A stretch of DNA of 64,000 nt from a virus: positions 1 to 64,000 of the IMG/VR virus record IMGVR_UViG_3300044796_000222; one strand, 5' to 3'. Shown here one piece after another: positions 1 to 9,477 of this stretch (positions are counted from its first letter, which is position 1; each line of letters begins with the position of its first letter). The notes below the pieces were generated by a model. It did no database searches and was not told the DNA's origin. It saw only the letters and a list, made by a program, of their open reading frames with translations. A program made the translations under genes and the position numbers.

Positions 1-377
1 TGGCTTCCAAGAAACCCATCCCCGTCATCCCAGGTCGCCAAGGCGACGTCATCTTGATCGAGATCGACGCACTCCCCATCGGTCTTGTGCCAGTCCCGGC
101 AGACGCACGCGGTATCGTCATCGCCGAAGGCGAAACGAGCGCTCACTTTCATCGCGTCTCCGCAAAGAAGAAGGGCGACGTCGTCCTCCATCAATTCAAA
201 GACGCGCGCCACACCGACCGGGTGCTCGAAGTGAAGTCGAAGGGCACGGTCTCCGTCATCGGCGGCGGATCGAAAGAAGCGCCTCGCCACGCGGCTTTCA
301 CCATCGCGCCGGGTTTCTACCGCGCGCGAATTCAGAAGAAGAACGACGCCGGACGGGTGCGAGCCGTCGTCGACTGA
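1..377 (+). CDS. Small conserved phage protein (RQGDV / LAEGExxxHxH type), 5' end cut by the window edge
   Basis: Frame is open from base 3 (ASKKPIPVIPGRQGDVILIEID...IAEGETSAHFH); bases 1-2 (TG) may be the end of the ATG. This type of protein usually sits next to DUF6745 genes. Confidence 0.7.
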   Translation, partial: ASKKPIPVIPGRQGDVILIEIDALPIGLVPVPADARGIVIAEGETSAHFHRVSAKKKGDVVLHQFKDARHTDRVLEVKSKGTVSVIGGGSKEAPRHAAFTIAPGFYRARIQKKNDAGRVRAVVD

Positions 378-428
378 CCGCGCGCCCGATCGCATCAATC
401 ACCCAAACGAAAGAAGAAGAGCAACAAC

Positions 429-1742
429 ATGACCGCAAAGAAGTCACAGAAAAAGTCGCCAACGACCGCCCCCGCCGCCACCAAGGTCAAGCGCATCGAT
501 GCGCTCACCGACGAGCAGAGGGCGCAGTTCAAGCCGTGGGCCGACAAATGGACAGCCAACGCGATGTCCACCAAGCCCATGGATGACGAGGAGCGCGACA
601 TCTGCCGCACTGCCGTCAACGGCCTGTACGACGCAGCCAAGTTGCCACGGCCGAAGGCGATCGTCTTCGTCTCCTCGCCATTCGTGGCGCGGTTCGCGGC
701 TGGTTTCGCCGCAGCGATCTTGGAGGCGAGGAAGCGCGGGTGGAGGGACGCCGCCACGCGCGACGCCACGGACGCCGCCACGCGCGCCGCCACGCGCGCC
801 GCCACGCGCGCCGCCACGTACGCCGCCACGAGCGCCGCCACGTACGCCGCCACGAGCGACGCCACGTACGCCGCCACGGACGCCGCCACGCGCGACGCCA
901 CGCGCGACGCCACGAGCGACGCCACGTACGCCGCCACGGACGAAAAAAATCCGAAGAACATCAAATGGCATTCTGATATCGGCCGCGTCATGGCTCAGTT
1001 GGCGAAGGATCTCGGCGGCGAACACTCGGATCTTCTTTTGCGTTGCGCCGCCAACACGTACATGATGTGGTCCGGCGGCAACCAGTGGTCCGACTGGTCG
1101 TCTTGCATCTCCTTCTTCCGCCACGTCTGCAACCTGGACATCGATTACTCGAAGTGGGAGCATTTCGAGCGACTATCGCTACATTCCGGCCCACGATATA
1201 TGCACGCCGAGTTCTGCATCATCAGCGATCGGCCAGAGTTGCTGACGGTGGACGAGCAGAATCGCCCGCATGCCGACAATGGCCCGTTCTGCCGGTGGCG
1301 CGACGGTTCTTCGCTCTACTCGTTCCACGGCATGCGCCTGCCTGCGTGGGTCATGGACCAGCCAGAGTTGATCGACCTCAAGTCGATTCAGGCTGAGTCG
1401 AATGAAGAGATTCGTCGTGTGATGATCGAACGCTACGGCGTTGGCCGCTACGTGAATGACGCGCAGTTCAATTTGCTCGACGACGCGCTAGACCCGCTCG
1501 GACAACCGCGCCGACTCTACGGCAAAGGCGAAGATCGCGTCGTCGAAGTCACCAACAGCACCGTCGACGCCGACGGTACGCGCCGCGTCTACTTCGTGCC
1601 GTGCCTGCCGCAGCTCCGCCCCATGGATGTTGGTGGCGTTACTGGCGAGGTTGGCGAGCCGCAGGCAGACACCGCTCTAAACGCAGTTGCGTCGACTTTC
1701 GGCTTCCGTGGCGAAGAGTACGCGCCACAAGTCGAGACGTGA
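429..1742 (+). CDS. DUF6745-like domain protein with internal tetrapeptide repeats
   Basis: PHADNGPFCRWRDGSSLYSFHG and NEEIRRVMIERYG motifs; central xAAT/xDAT repeats. Confidence 0.75.
   Translation: MTAKKSQKKSPTTAPAATKVKRIDALTDEQRAQFKPWADKWTANAMSTKPMDDEERDICRTAVNGLYDAAKLPRPKAIVFVSSPFVARFAAGFAAAILEARKRGWRDAATRDATDAATRAATRAATRAATYAATSAATYAATSDATYAATDAATRDATRDATSDATYAATDEKNPKNIKWHSDIGRVMAQLAKDLGGEHSDLLLRCAANTYMMWSGGNQWSDWSSCISFFRHVCNLDIDYSKWEHFERLSLHSGPRYMHAEFCIISDRPELLTVDEQNRPHADNGPFCRWRDGSSLYSFHGMRLPAWVMDQPELIDLKSIQAESNEEIRRVMIERYGVGRYVNDAQFNLLDDALDPLGQPRRLYGKGEDRVVEVTNSTVDADGTRRVYFVPCLPQLRPMDVGGVTGEVGEPQADTALNAVASTFGFRGEEYAPQVET
747..938 (+). repeat. 16 x 12-bp tandem repeat NNC-G(C/A)C-GCC-ACG
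   Basis: Read directly; encodes DAAT/RDAT/RAAT/YAAT/SAAT/SDAT. Confidence 0.95.
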
Positions 1743-1936
1743 GCGCGCAACCATTCTTCGCCGTCGAATTCCGCCTCTCCACGCGCGCCGTCGGGCAGTG
1801 GCAGCGCGTCTGGTTCCACGGCGTCGGCGAGACGTTCCTGACGGCGGCGCTTGCGCAGTCGCAGATTGATGGACACTATGCGCCACAGGATCGGAAGTTC
1901 GCCCGCGTCGTGCCTGTTGAGCCGAGGAAGAGATGA
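1739..1936 (+). CDS. Hypothetical protein
   Basis: GTGA overlap with the upstream stop; part of a coupled gene chain. Confidence 0.55.
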   Translation: MSAQPFFAVEFRLSTRAVGQWQRVWFHGVGETFLTAALAQSQIDGHYAPQDRKFARVVPVEPRKR

Positions 1937-2226
1937 CACAACCGAACATCTGGCCGCCTGTCGAAGCGATGGTTGTGCTTAGGAAATCCGATCGCGAAGA
2001 ATTATTGGTCATCGAGCGTCCGCGCCATAGTAACGGCCAAATGTTCGTCGTTCAACGCGGAGGAACGTGGAACTACGAATGGAGCCGCGTATCGCTCGAC
2101 GAATTGATGCCCGACGATCGTAAGGAACGCATCGATCGCGGCGCTGCCCTGTTCGCTATCTGCGACGGCCTGACGCTGGAGCAAGTCGCTGCGGCGATCG
2201 ATGAATACAGGAGGCCGACGCCGTGA
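1933..2226 (+). CDS. Hypothetical protein
   Basis: ATGA overlap, GAGG RBS. Confidence 0.65.
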   Translation: MTQPNIWPPVEAMVVLRKSDREELLVIERPRHSNGQMFVVQRGGTWNYEWSRVSLDELMPDDRKERIDRGAALFAICDGLTLEQVAAAIDEYRRPTP

Positions 2227-2456
2227 CGCTCATCAGTAAAGATTCGTGGCGCCTCGCCGAACTTGAGGCGATGAGCAACCGAGATGAGCCGGTGCCGGCT
2301 GCCGTACTACGTGAAGTGCTCGAAGTGTACATTGCGTTGCTGAATAGGCCGGACAGTTGCGGGACGTGCCACGGAACTGGCAGGATGTATTCGCCTGACG
2401 TCTCATCGTGCGCGCTCGTCGCATGCTCAGATTGCCACCAGGGGAACGGGCGATGA
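2223..2456 (+). CDS. Hypothetical protein with DnaJ-type zinc-finger motifs
   Basis: CGTCHGTG ... CSDC; GGAGG RBS. Confidence 0.65.
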   Translation: MTLISKDSWRLAELEAMSNRDEPVPAAVLREVLEVYIALLNRPDSCGTCHGTGRMYSPDVSSCALVACSDCHQGNGR

Positions 2457-2710
2457 CCACCCGCCTGCGCCGCCGCGCGAAGGTGTATGAGCGCCTCCGC
2501 AACAATAGGAGAAGCCCGTTCCTGAAGACGTATGACGAACTGGTCGCTGGGGAGCGTCTTCCGTACTTCAGCCCAAGACCAGAGGATTACGAGCGCGCCG
2601 CCGCTGAAGAAGACGCCAGATTTGCGAAGGACGGGTACGGCATCGAGGCGCTCGCACCGGAGAACGAGTTTACACGCTTCATCATGCCGCGTACGGAATC
2701 AAAGTCATGA
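2453..2710 (+). CDS. Hypothetical protein
   Basis: ATGA overlap. Confidence 0.55.
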   Translation: MTTRLRRRAKVYERLRNNRRSPFLKTYDELVAGERLPYFSPRPEDYERAAAEEDARFAKDGYGIEALAPENEFTRFIMPRTESKS

Positions 2711-3012
2711 CCCCTCTCCGCCGCCTGCGTAACCTCTACTCGCTGTGCCGCCTAGTGTACGGCCCGACGTTTCAGTTGACGTACAGCGTCAAAGGCGACG
2801 GCATCGGCGTTTTGGATTGGGAATCGAATGACTATCCAGACTGGCCGTCATCGCGCGGGTCGAAAGAACTTGTCGACTCTGCGAACATGCGGACTGTCGG
2901 CCCGCTCGTGCAGGTCTGCCTAAGCGCTCTTCAGCATGCCGAGACGCTCGACTGGTCCGCTCGTTGCACGGAGGTCGAAGCCGGCGTGGAGGCGTTACGA
3001 TGCGAGGACTGA
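2707..3012 (+). CDS. Hypothetical protein
   Basis: ATGA overlap. Confidence 0.55.
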   Translation: MTPLRRLRNLYSLCRLVYGPTFQLTYSVKGDGIGVLDWESNDYPDWPSSRGSKELVDSANMRTVGPLVQVCLSALQHAETLDWSARCTEVEAGVEALRCED

Positions 3013-3242
3013 CCGCCGATGAGCGCACGCTTCTGAGGGCCGCATGCTCTGACGGCGTTCGCCCATTGACCGCCGGCCAACACCACGTTGCCGAAGCACT
3101 CACGCGTGACGGTCGGCTCGCGAAACAGCAGCACTACATTTCAGATCGCTTGTTCGTGACGGCGTGGCTGCCGACAGCGCTAAGCGAACTAGCCCTCCGC
3201 GCCGACGCGGCGACTCTCCCGGCATCGAAGGCAGCGCTGTGA
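3000..3242 (+). CDS. Hypothetical protein
   Basis: GGAGG upstream of ATG 3000. Confidence 0.55.
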   Translation: MRGLTADERTLLRAACSDGVRPLTAGQHHVAEALTRDGRLAKQQHYISDRLFVTAWLPTALSELALRADAATLPASKAAL

Positions 3243-3550
3243 CCGCCTGCGTCTTCGTCGTTGCGTTGCAGGGGTCTGAGTTGCAGTTGCACGCGATGAA
3301 CGAGCCGGCGCGTCGTCTGCTTGGCGAGCATGGAGACGAGTTTCAGGTGGAGTTGTGGGACTTGCGCAACACGTTCCACGACCATGTCATATCGAACGAT
3401 GACGGGTTGAGCTTCAGGGAGCGTGAGCCGCTGCCATACGGCGTCTTGCCGCTGTCATTGGTGCGCCGGATGATCGAGGACGCGCTGTCTGAACGGTTCC
3501 CAGACCGTGAGATTTTGTGCCTGAACCGCCGGTCTTGCTGCCGGACCTGA
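3239..3550 (+). CDS. Hypothetical protein
   Basis: GTGA overlap. Confidence 0.55.
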   Translation: MTACVFVVALQGSELQLHAMNEPARRLLGEHGDEFQVELWDLRNTFHDHVISNDDGLSFREREPLPYGVLPLSLVRRMIEDALSERFPDREILCLNRRSCCRT

Positions 3551-3623
3551 CGCTGCCGGTCGACGATCCGCTGCCGCGCTAGACTTCACCCGCACCACCC
3601 GACGCGAATCGAGGTGCGGGCAA

Positions 3624-3663
3624 GACGGGGACGCCTCCGATGTTCGGTGGCATCGTCGTTTTT
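3624..3663 (+). terminator. Possible intrinsic terminator
   Basis: Imperfect GC hairpin (GCC-T-CCGA tgt TCGG-T-GGC core) followed by TTTTT. Confidence 0.4.
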
Positions 3664-3754
3664 GTGCCTGGATACCGCTTGCGTAGAGTGTGGCCGGATG
3701 CCTCATCTGTAGAACCGCCTCGGGGCGTAGTTGCGGAGCGTGGTCGAATCGCAC

Positions 3755-3783
3755 TTGACGGACGCCCACCGTGGCAGCATGGT
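3755..3783 (+). promoter_or_regulatory. Sigma70-like promoter
   Basis: TTGACG-N17-CATGGT; ATG at 3792. Confidence 0.5.
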
Positions 3784-3791
3784 GGGCAGCC

Positions 3792-3974
3792 ATGGATGAA
3801 CCGAAACGTATCCCCGCCGCGAAGTTGAGAGCCATCGCCGTCGCAGCAGACTGTGACGAGCGCACGATCTTCCGCGTTTTTCACGACCCGTCTTCTGGAG
3901 AGAAGAACGCGGCGCGGGCGCGGGCGCTCAAGGCGCTCATCGAAGCGGGAGTCTTGGTTGCTGAGGTGGCGTAG
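3792..3974 (+). CDS. Small HTH (Cro/LacI-like) DNA-binding protein
   Basis: LRAIAVAADCDERTIFRVF HTH pattern; first gene of the replication operon. Confidence 0.6.
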   Translation: MDEPKRIPAAKLRAIAVAADCDERTIFRVFHDPSSGEKNAARARALKALIEAGVLVAEVA

Positions 3975-4255
3975 TGCCTCCGCGTAGGACGGGGCGCACG
4001 GCCAAGGTCGCGGCGCTCGATACGTTCGTCGTCGAGTTCGCCCACGACGATGGGCGTGGACTCGTCGAGTCTGTGACCGCGCCGTCTGCGGGAGATGCGG
4101 CAGCGATTGCGCTTCGCCGATGGGCAAAGAGCGGCGATGCGCCCACCGGCGCGATGGTGGACGTAATGTCAAGCCGTGGACGTATCGAGCGCTGGTACGC
4201 GCCGAACGCCTATCGCGTCGAATTTTACTCGTGCTGGCGTGCGGGAGGTGTGTGA
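3974..4255 (+). CDS. Hypothetical protein
   Basis: GAGGT RBS; TGATG coupling to the next gene. Confidence 0.55.
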   Translation: MPPRRTGRTAKVAALDTFVVEFAHDDGRGLVESVTAPSAGDAAAIALRRWAKSGDAPTGAMVDVMSSRGRIERWYAPNAYRVEFYSCWRAGGV

Positions 4256-5349
4256 TGTCTGCGCTGTATTCGCGCGTAGATCGCGGCGTATGGAACAGTC
4301 TCGACTTTCGTGAACTTTCGCGCGAGGCGCGTGAGTTGTGGCTCTATCTGTTGACGTGTCCGTCTCAGAACGCGTTTCCTGGCCTATTCGCCGTTTCGCT
4401 CGGCACCATCGCAGAGGACATAGATCGAACACGTGATGAAGTATGTGCGGCGCTCGCCGAGATCGAGTCGCGCGGGATGGCGAAGTACGACTCAAAGGCT
4501 CGGGTAATGTGGCTACCGAAAGCCGTGCTTCGTCGCGACGACGAGGCGAAGAGCCCGAACAACGTCAAAGGATGGGGCAACGCTATCAAGTCGATCCCGT
4601 CGTGTGAACTGCGCTCGGAGGCGTTCGCGACCGTCCGCGCGTTCCTCGAACAGCTCGGAAACAGCCAGTCAACGGAAGCCCTCGGAGACCCCTTGGGCTA
4701 CCCCTCCAGGAGGGCTCCAGGAGGGGTTGGTGGAGGGGTTGGTGGAGGGGTCGTCGAAGGGTCGGTGGAGGGGTCGGCGTCGGCTCAGGAAACAACCACA
4801 AAACAGCAAATTCATACCCCTCCAGGAGGGCTCCAGGAGGGGTTGGTGGAGGGGTTGGTGGAGGGGTCGTCGAAGGGTCGGGAACTAGGAAAGGATAAGG
4901 AAAGGAAAGGAGAGCAACAACAACAGCAACGCGCAGGGGCGGTGGTCGATGACTTGGTGACGGCCCTCGCGAAGAGTGACGAGATGCGTCATCACCCGAA
5001 CGTCGACCTAGCCGGGCTTGCGGCGATGATCCGAAAGCAGAAGCAGCCTCCCGTTCCCGAAATGGACGCCCACTGGATTGCAGCCCTCCCGATAGTATTC
5101 GACGCACTCGAACGCGCTCGTGTGAACGGCACGCTGAGCAGCGTTGCCGGGCTCGTTGGGTCGACGCTGCGATCGATCAATTCGCCAGCGATGATTCGTC
5201 AGGCACTTGCCGATCGCGACAAGCCACGCGAGTCCCGCAAGGCCAACGGTCGATCCGTAGAAATTATCAATGGGCGAGAATTGCCTGACATCAACGATCC
5301 GACCGTTCCGTACTGGCGTCCGTTCCCGAAAATGGAGACCGAGGAATGA
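4255..5349 (+). CDS. Phage replication initiator (lambda O-like)
   Basis: N-terminal VWxSxDFRELSxEARxLWLYLLT winged-helix pattern; internal DNA repeats; directly upstream of primase and helicase. Start reassigned to ATG 4255 (GGAGG RBS). Confidence 0.75.
   Translation: MSALYSRVDRGVWNSLDFRELSREARELWLYLLTCPSQNAFPGLFAVSLGTIAEDIDRTRDEVCAALAEIESRGMAKYDSKARVMWLPKAVLRRDDEAKSPNNVKGWGNAIKSIPSCELRSEAFATVRAFLEQLGNSQSTEALGDPLGYPSRRAPGGVGGGVGGGVVEGSVEGSASAQETTTKQQIHTPPGGLQEGLVEGLVEGSSKGRELGKDKERKGEQQQQQRAGAVVDDLVTALAKSDEMRHHPNVDLAGLAAMIRKQKQPPVPEMDAHWIAALPIVFDALERARVNGTLSSVAGLVGSTLRSINSPAMIRQALADRDKPRESRKANGRSVEIINGRELPDINDPTVPYWRPFPKMETEE
4699..4881. repeat. Two identical 67-bp direct repeats (4699-4765, 4815-4881); putative replication origin
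   Basis: Exact copies 116 bp apart, each with a CCCTCC-A-GGAGGG palindrome and GGAGGGGTTGGT sub-repeats; A/G-rich tract follows. Confidence 0.85.
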
Positions 5350-6410
5350 GCGACGACGCACGACGCATCAACGCCGCGCTCGCAGATATCGGCGTCGCGA
5401 AGTTCCTGTCAGCGCTGGGCATCAAAGGTCGAGGCAATGGCACGCGTGCCCGATTCGCGTGCGCAATACACGGCGGCGACGGCCTAAGCGCCTCGATGAC
5501 GATTCGCGACGGCGCTCTGGTCTGGCATTGTTTCAGCGGGTGTAGTTCAGGCGGAGACGCGCTGTCGCTGATCGCCTCGATGCGCGGCTACGACCTTCGC
5601 GAAAACTTTCGCGACGTGCTCGCCGAGGCCGCGTCGATCGCTGGCGTGGGTCTTGGCGAATCGTCGTTCACGCCGCGCCAACGCATCGCTCCGCCGCCAG
5701 AAGACCCGGCCGTCATCGCAGCGCGCATCGAGGCAGCGCAGGGCGTGAAGCGCATTCTCGCGGCGTTGCTCGAACTCGCGCCGCTGGAGGGCGAAGGGCT
5801 CCGGTACCTGACCGAAGACCGAGGGCTGACCAGGGCGACGTGCGAAAAGGCGCGCGTAGGCTACCTGGGAGACGCTCAGATGGCTCTTCGCGTCCTTCTT
5901 GCGTCCTTCCCGTATGAGGCACTGGAAGCCGCTGGAATCGTCTACGGAGGGCGCTGGCTGGCCCACGAGCGTCATCCACTGCTTTTCCCGATACTTCACG
6001 GAGGTGTGCCGGTCTACCTGCAAGGTCGCGCGCTCGGACCTGTCGCGAAGAAGCAAGATCGGTGGCGCTCGTGCCGTGGAAGCGTGCCGTCGCTTTACAA
6101 TCCAGACGCGCTTGAGCGTACGGATGTGCCCGCTTTGTTGCTAGAAGGGCCAATAGATACCTTGTCTGCAATGCAATGGGTCCCAGACGTTGCGCCCGTT
6201 GGAGTATTCGGCGCTGGTGGCTTCAAGGCAGAGTGGGCTGCGCCGTTGCGGGGTAGAGACGTTTGGGTCGCTCTCGATCCAGATGAGGCTGGCGAAAAAG
6301 GAGCCGTGGAGACGATGCGTGAATTGGTGAAGGCCGGCGCGTGGCCTCGACGTCTTGCGATGCCGCCCGGAATGGACATGAACGATTGGATGCTCGCGGA
6401 GGCCGCGTGA
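5346..6410 (+). CDS. DNA primase (CHC2 zinc finger + TOPRIM)
   Basis: CAIH...WHCFSGC zinc finger; LLEGPIDTLS and LDPDEAGE TOPRIM motifs. Confidence 0.9.
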   Translation: MSDDARRINAALADIGVAKFLSALGIKGRGNGTRARFACAIHGGDGLSASMTIRDGALVWHCFSGCSSGGDALSLIASMRGYDLRENFRDVLAEAASIAGVGLGESSFTPRQRIAPPPEDPAVIAARIEAAQGVKRILAALLELAPLEGEGLRYLTEDRGLTRATCEKARVGYLGDAQMALRVLLASFPYEALEAAGIVYGGRWLAHERHPLLFPILHGGVPVYLQGRALGPVAKKQDRWRSCRGSVPSLYNPDALERTDVPALLLEGPIDTLSAMQWVPDVAPVGVFGAGGFKAEWAAPLRGRDVWVALDPDEAGEKGAVETMRELVKAGAWPRRLAMPPGMDMNDWMLAEAA

Positions 6411-7933
6411 CTCACCCGATCGCGCTCGCGGCCATTCACGCGGAGCCGGTGTCAGCGCTTGACCGCGCGCAGCTCGTGGCTGCGTCCGACGACGCGGCGG
6501 AGCGCGCGGTGCTCTCGGCCGTCATCTTTCACGGCGCGCTCGACGAGGCGTTGACCGTCGTTGAGATGCGGATGTTCTATTCGCTCGCACACAAATCGAT
6601 TTTTCGTATCGCGTGCGACTTGACCAAGGGCGGCCAGCCTCTCGACGAGCAGACGATCGGGTCTGTCTTGCAACGCGAAGGCACGATCGAAAAGTTCGGC
6701 GGCTTCGAATATCTTACGGGGCTGCGCACCGCGACGCCGGACGCGACGCATGTCCGCGCTCACGCGAAGACAGTCGCGATGCTTTACCAGCAACGCCGCG
6801 TGGTCGAGACGGCGATGTCGATCGTCACCGATGGGCTCGCAAGCAAGTCGGACCCATCCTCGTACGTCGACCGAGCGCTAAAAAAGATCACGGAGTCTGT
6901 CGAGCGCCAACGCGGCACGCACCTTGTCCAAATGTACGACACGGTTCGTGCGAGGTCCGAGGCGTGGCGCAAGATGCGCGAGACCGGCTATGTCGGTGGG
7001 CTCAGGACGGGCATTGGTGCGTTCGATCAACATACGGACGGCCTGCCGCGACCCGGCGTGACGATGCTCGGAGCGGAGACGGGAGCAGGCAAGTCGATTT
7101 TGGGATGGAATATCGGAAACAATGTCGCCGACACGCCAGACATACGCGGCCGAGCGCAGGGCGTTGTTTACGTCAGCGGCGAGATGGATGACGAGGAACT
7201 TCACGACCGGGCAGTCTGCGCACGCGCTGGCGTATCACTCCGCAAGTTGAGGCGCGTGATGATGGGGGCATCGGCGCATCCGAACGAGCAGCCGATCAGC
7301 GCTGACGATGCACGCACCATCGAAGACAACGTGCTTGCCGCGATGCAATGGCTAGAAACGCGTCCGATCTTCACGTTCGCGCGGGTCGCAGACATTCACG
7401 ATATTCGCGGCGCCGTGCGCGACGCAAACCGCACACTTATCGACAACGCCGCAGATCCGCGCGATCCGCCGGAGGTGGCACTCGTCGTCGTAGACTTCAT
7501 GCAGATGATGCAAGTTTCCGAAGCCGACAGATTCGATCTGGCGCTCACGCAACTTGGCTACGCGCTCCGCGATCTTGCTGCCGAGAAAAAACTAGCGGTG
7601 CTCGCACTCGCTCAGAAAAACGATCGGTCGGAAAAGCGCGACGGCGGCGCGTTCAGCAACCGAGACTTCAAGCATTCGAGCGGCCTCGCCGAACCGGCCG
7701 CGCTCGCCGGGTTCTTGGACCGCCCCGTGCTTGGAATGGGCAAGCGATCCGAAGACGACCGGATGAAGTGGCGGAACTATTCCGAACTGCACTTCACGAA
7801 GGGGCGTCAAGTGGGGCTAGGGCGCGTCCAACTCTACTTCGACGGCCCTAGATTCCACATTCGCGATCCGAAAGCGGGCGAGTTTGCCGGCCTGTGGGAT
7901 GATCCGCCAACTGGCGGGAAGGCGAGACGTTGA
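6407..7933 (+). CDS. dnaB: Replicative DNA helicase, DnaB-like
   Basis: AERAVLSAV N-terminal domain; Walker A GAETGAGKS; VSGEM; VVVDFMQ; LAQ. GTG start at 6407. Confidence 0.9.
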   Translation: MTHPIALAAIHAEPVSALDRAQLVAASDDAAERAVLSAVIFHGALDEALTVVEMRMFYSLAHKSIFRIACDLTKGGQPLDEQTIGSVLQREGTIEKFGGFEYLTGLRTATPDATHVRAHAKTVAMLYQQRRVVETAMSIVTDGLASKSDPSSYVDRALKKITESVERQRGTHLVQMYDTVRARSEAWRKMRETGYVGGLRTGIGAFDQHTDGLPRPGVTMLGAETGAGKSILGWNIGNNVADTPDIRGRAQGVVYVSGEMDDEELHDRAVCARAGVSLRKLRRVMMGASAHPNEQPISADDARTIEDNVLAAMQWLETRPIFTFARVADIHDIRGAVRDANRTLIDNAADPRDPPEVALVVVDFMQMMQVSEADRFDLALTQLGYALRDLAAEKKLAVLALAQKNDRSEKRDGGAFSNRDFKHSSGLAEPAALAGFLDRPVLGMGKRSEDDRMKWRNYSELHFTKGRQVGLGRVQLYFDGPRFHIRDPKAGEFAGLWDDPPTGGKARR

Positions 7934-8060
7934 CCATGACCCAGCCCGAACGCATCGACACGATCCTGGCCCGCGTGATGGCGGAGCACCGGAAGCGGCT
8001 GGCGGCGCTTCCCCCTCCGCCATCGCCCGCTGCGCCGAGTGCAAACGTCTCCGACGCCTC

Positions 8061-8088
8061 TTGACATCGCAAGGATGATGGTGACGTT
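8061..8088 (+). promoter_or_regulatory. Leaderless-type promoter
   Basis: TTGACA-N16-GACGTT-N6-ATG(8095). Confidence 0.55.
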
Positions 8089-8094
8089 CACGCC

Positions 8095-8322
8095 ATGACC
8101 GACCCCACCAAGATCGATGGCCTGCTGAAGATGTACGAAGGCGCGCTGAAGGCCCAGGCCGTCACGAAACTCGCGGAGACCATTCTGCTCGCCGACAAGG
8201 GCGCAGGCTCGCACATCGAGAAGGTTAGGAGCGCCTTCGATACCGCCATCGCCTTCTACGCCGAACGTGACGCGCGCTTTCCGGCGCCGACGCTTGACGA
8301 CGTGCGACGCGAGGTAAAGTGA
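8095..8322 (+). CDS. Hypothetical protein
   Basis: ORF directly after the promoter; typical codon usage. Confidence 0.65.
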   Translation: MTDPTKIDGLLKMYEGALKAQAVTKLAETILLADKGAGSHIEKVRSAFDTAIAFYAERDARFPAPTLDDVRREVK

Positions 8323-8624
8323 TGGTCGAGCCCCTCCCTGCCACCGAAGCGGTCGCCAACGCTGACGAGGTGAAGCGCATCGGGCAAGCCGTGTGCGACT
8401 TTCTCGAACGAGAATTTCCGCATGCGCCCGACACACAGCAGGGCACGCGCAACTGCGCCGTCGCTCTGGTGCGGATGGCCGCATTCATGTCGGTCTGCAC
8501 CGGCATCGACTTGGTCAAGTTGGCGGAGTCGGAACAGCGGCTCGTTCGCGAAACAACGACGGTGAACGATAAGAACGAATTGGTCGCCAAGCATCGGGCG
8601 CCGCCGGATGGGATGGCGTCGTGA
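8319..8624 (+). CDS. Hypothetical protein
   Basis: Coupled ORF, GAGGT RBS. Confidence 0.6.
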   Translation: MMVEPLPATEAVANADEVKRIGQAVCDFLEREFPHAPDTQQGTRNCAVALVRMAAFMSVCTGIDLVKLAESEQRLVRETTTVNDKNELVAKHRAPPDGMAS

Positions 8625-8872
8625 TGCCAGAACCGAAATACGAATGCCCCGACCACCCGCCGGAAGCGCAGTGCTACCAGGAGGGGACGCTCTGCGACAA
8701 CTGGCGCCGCGTTGATGCGGTCGAGGTTCCGATTCCAGTCAGCCTTGGACTGCGGCTATCGCTGTACCGAGAAATCGACAAGCGTGTCGCCAAATACGTC
8801 AAGCAGGGGTATGGTCGCGCCGACGCATGGAACGTGGCGATCGGCGAAGTGCTTGTGATGGGAGAGGGATGA
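8621..8872 (+). CDS. Hypothetical protein
   Basis: Coupled ORF. Confidence 0.55.
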   Translation: MMPEPKYECPDHPPEAQCYQEGTLCDNWRRVDAVEVPIPVSLGLRLSLYREIDKRVAKYVKQGYGRADAWNVAIGEVLVMGEG

Positions 8873-9018
8873 TGACCGAAAAGTGCTGCGACCGCGACTT
8901 AGACTCGGACGGGAACTGCGATAGGCACCCGTCGATTCGTGGAGACGGATCGGACATCGCAAAATACGACCAGAAGGACATCGACGCACTCGAAGCGTAT
9001 CGGGCGATTCCGTTCTGA
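8869..9018 (+). CDS. Small hypothetical protein
   Basis: ATGA overlap; CCDRDLDSDGNCDRH. Confidence 0.45.
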   Translation: MMTEKCCDRDLDSDGNCDRHPSIRGDGSDIAKYDQKDIDALEAYRAIPF

Positions 9019-9081
9019 GGCTTGACGCCGCTGGAATCGTTCTTACTTTCCAGCACCGTTCGCACAACTAGAGGAGATCGC

Positions 9082-9477
9082 ATGGACCTGTCAACGCAGA
9101 TGAAGTCGACCGTTTCGAAGAAACTCCGCGTTCGGATCGCGACGCTGAAGAAGCAGAAGGCGGCGGCGGACAAGTTGTTCGCTGCCGAGTACAAGCGCTG
9201 GCAACTGGATATGGCGGCATGGTTGAAGACGGAGGGCGCCAAGCGGATCATGCTCATGTCGCCGCATGGTCCGAAGACGTACGGATCGCCGGTGCACGAC
9301 AGTCTGTTCTGGTCGGACGCGCCAAAGAGGCCGTCAAAGTCTGACATCGAGAAGAAAATTCAAGAGTGCCAGCGCATGCTCCGCCAACTCGGCATCACCG
9401 GGCAGGCGACGGTGAAGATCGGGCCGAGCGAAGTCGACAAATTCTTCGGCGTGCCCGATGCTGACGACGATGAGTGA
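9082..9477 (+). CDS. Hypothetical protein
   Basis: GAGGAG RBS; upstream promoter TTGACG(9022)-N16-TACTTT. Confidence 0.7.
   Translation: MDLSTQMKSTVSKKLRVRIATLKKQKAAADKLFAAEYKRWQLDMAAWLKTEGAKRIMLMSPHGPKTYGSPVHDSLFWSDAPKRPSKSDIEKKIQECQRMLRQLGITGQATVKIGPSEVDKFFGVPDADDDE

Noticed and set aside
747-938. Diversity-generating retroelement (NNC codon variation resembles AAC mutagenesis)
   Set aside because: No reverse transcriptase or template repeat in the window, and the A of ACG is invariant.
395-1163. Overlapping ORFs on both strands
   Set aside because: Shadows of the stop-free 12-bp repeat.
4699-4881. CRISPR mini-array
   Set aside because: Only two 67-bp copies, inside a CDS, with no cas genes.
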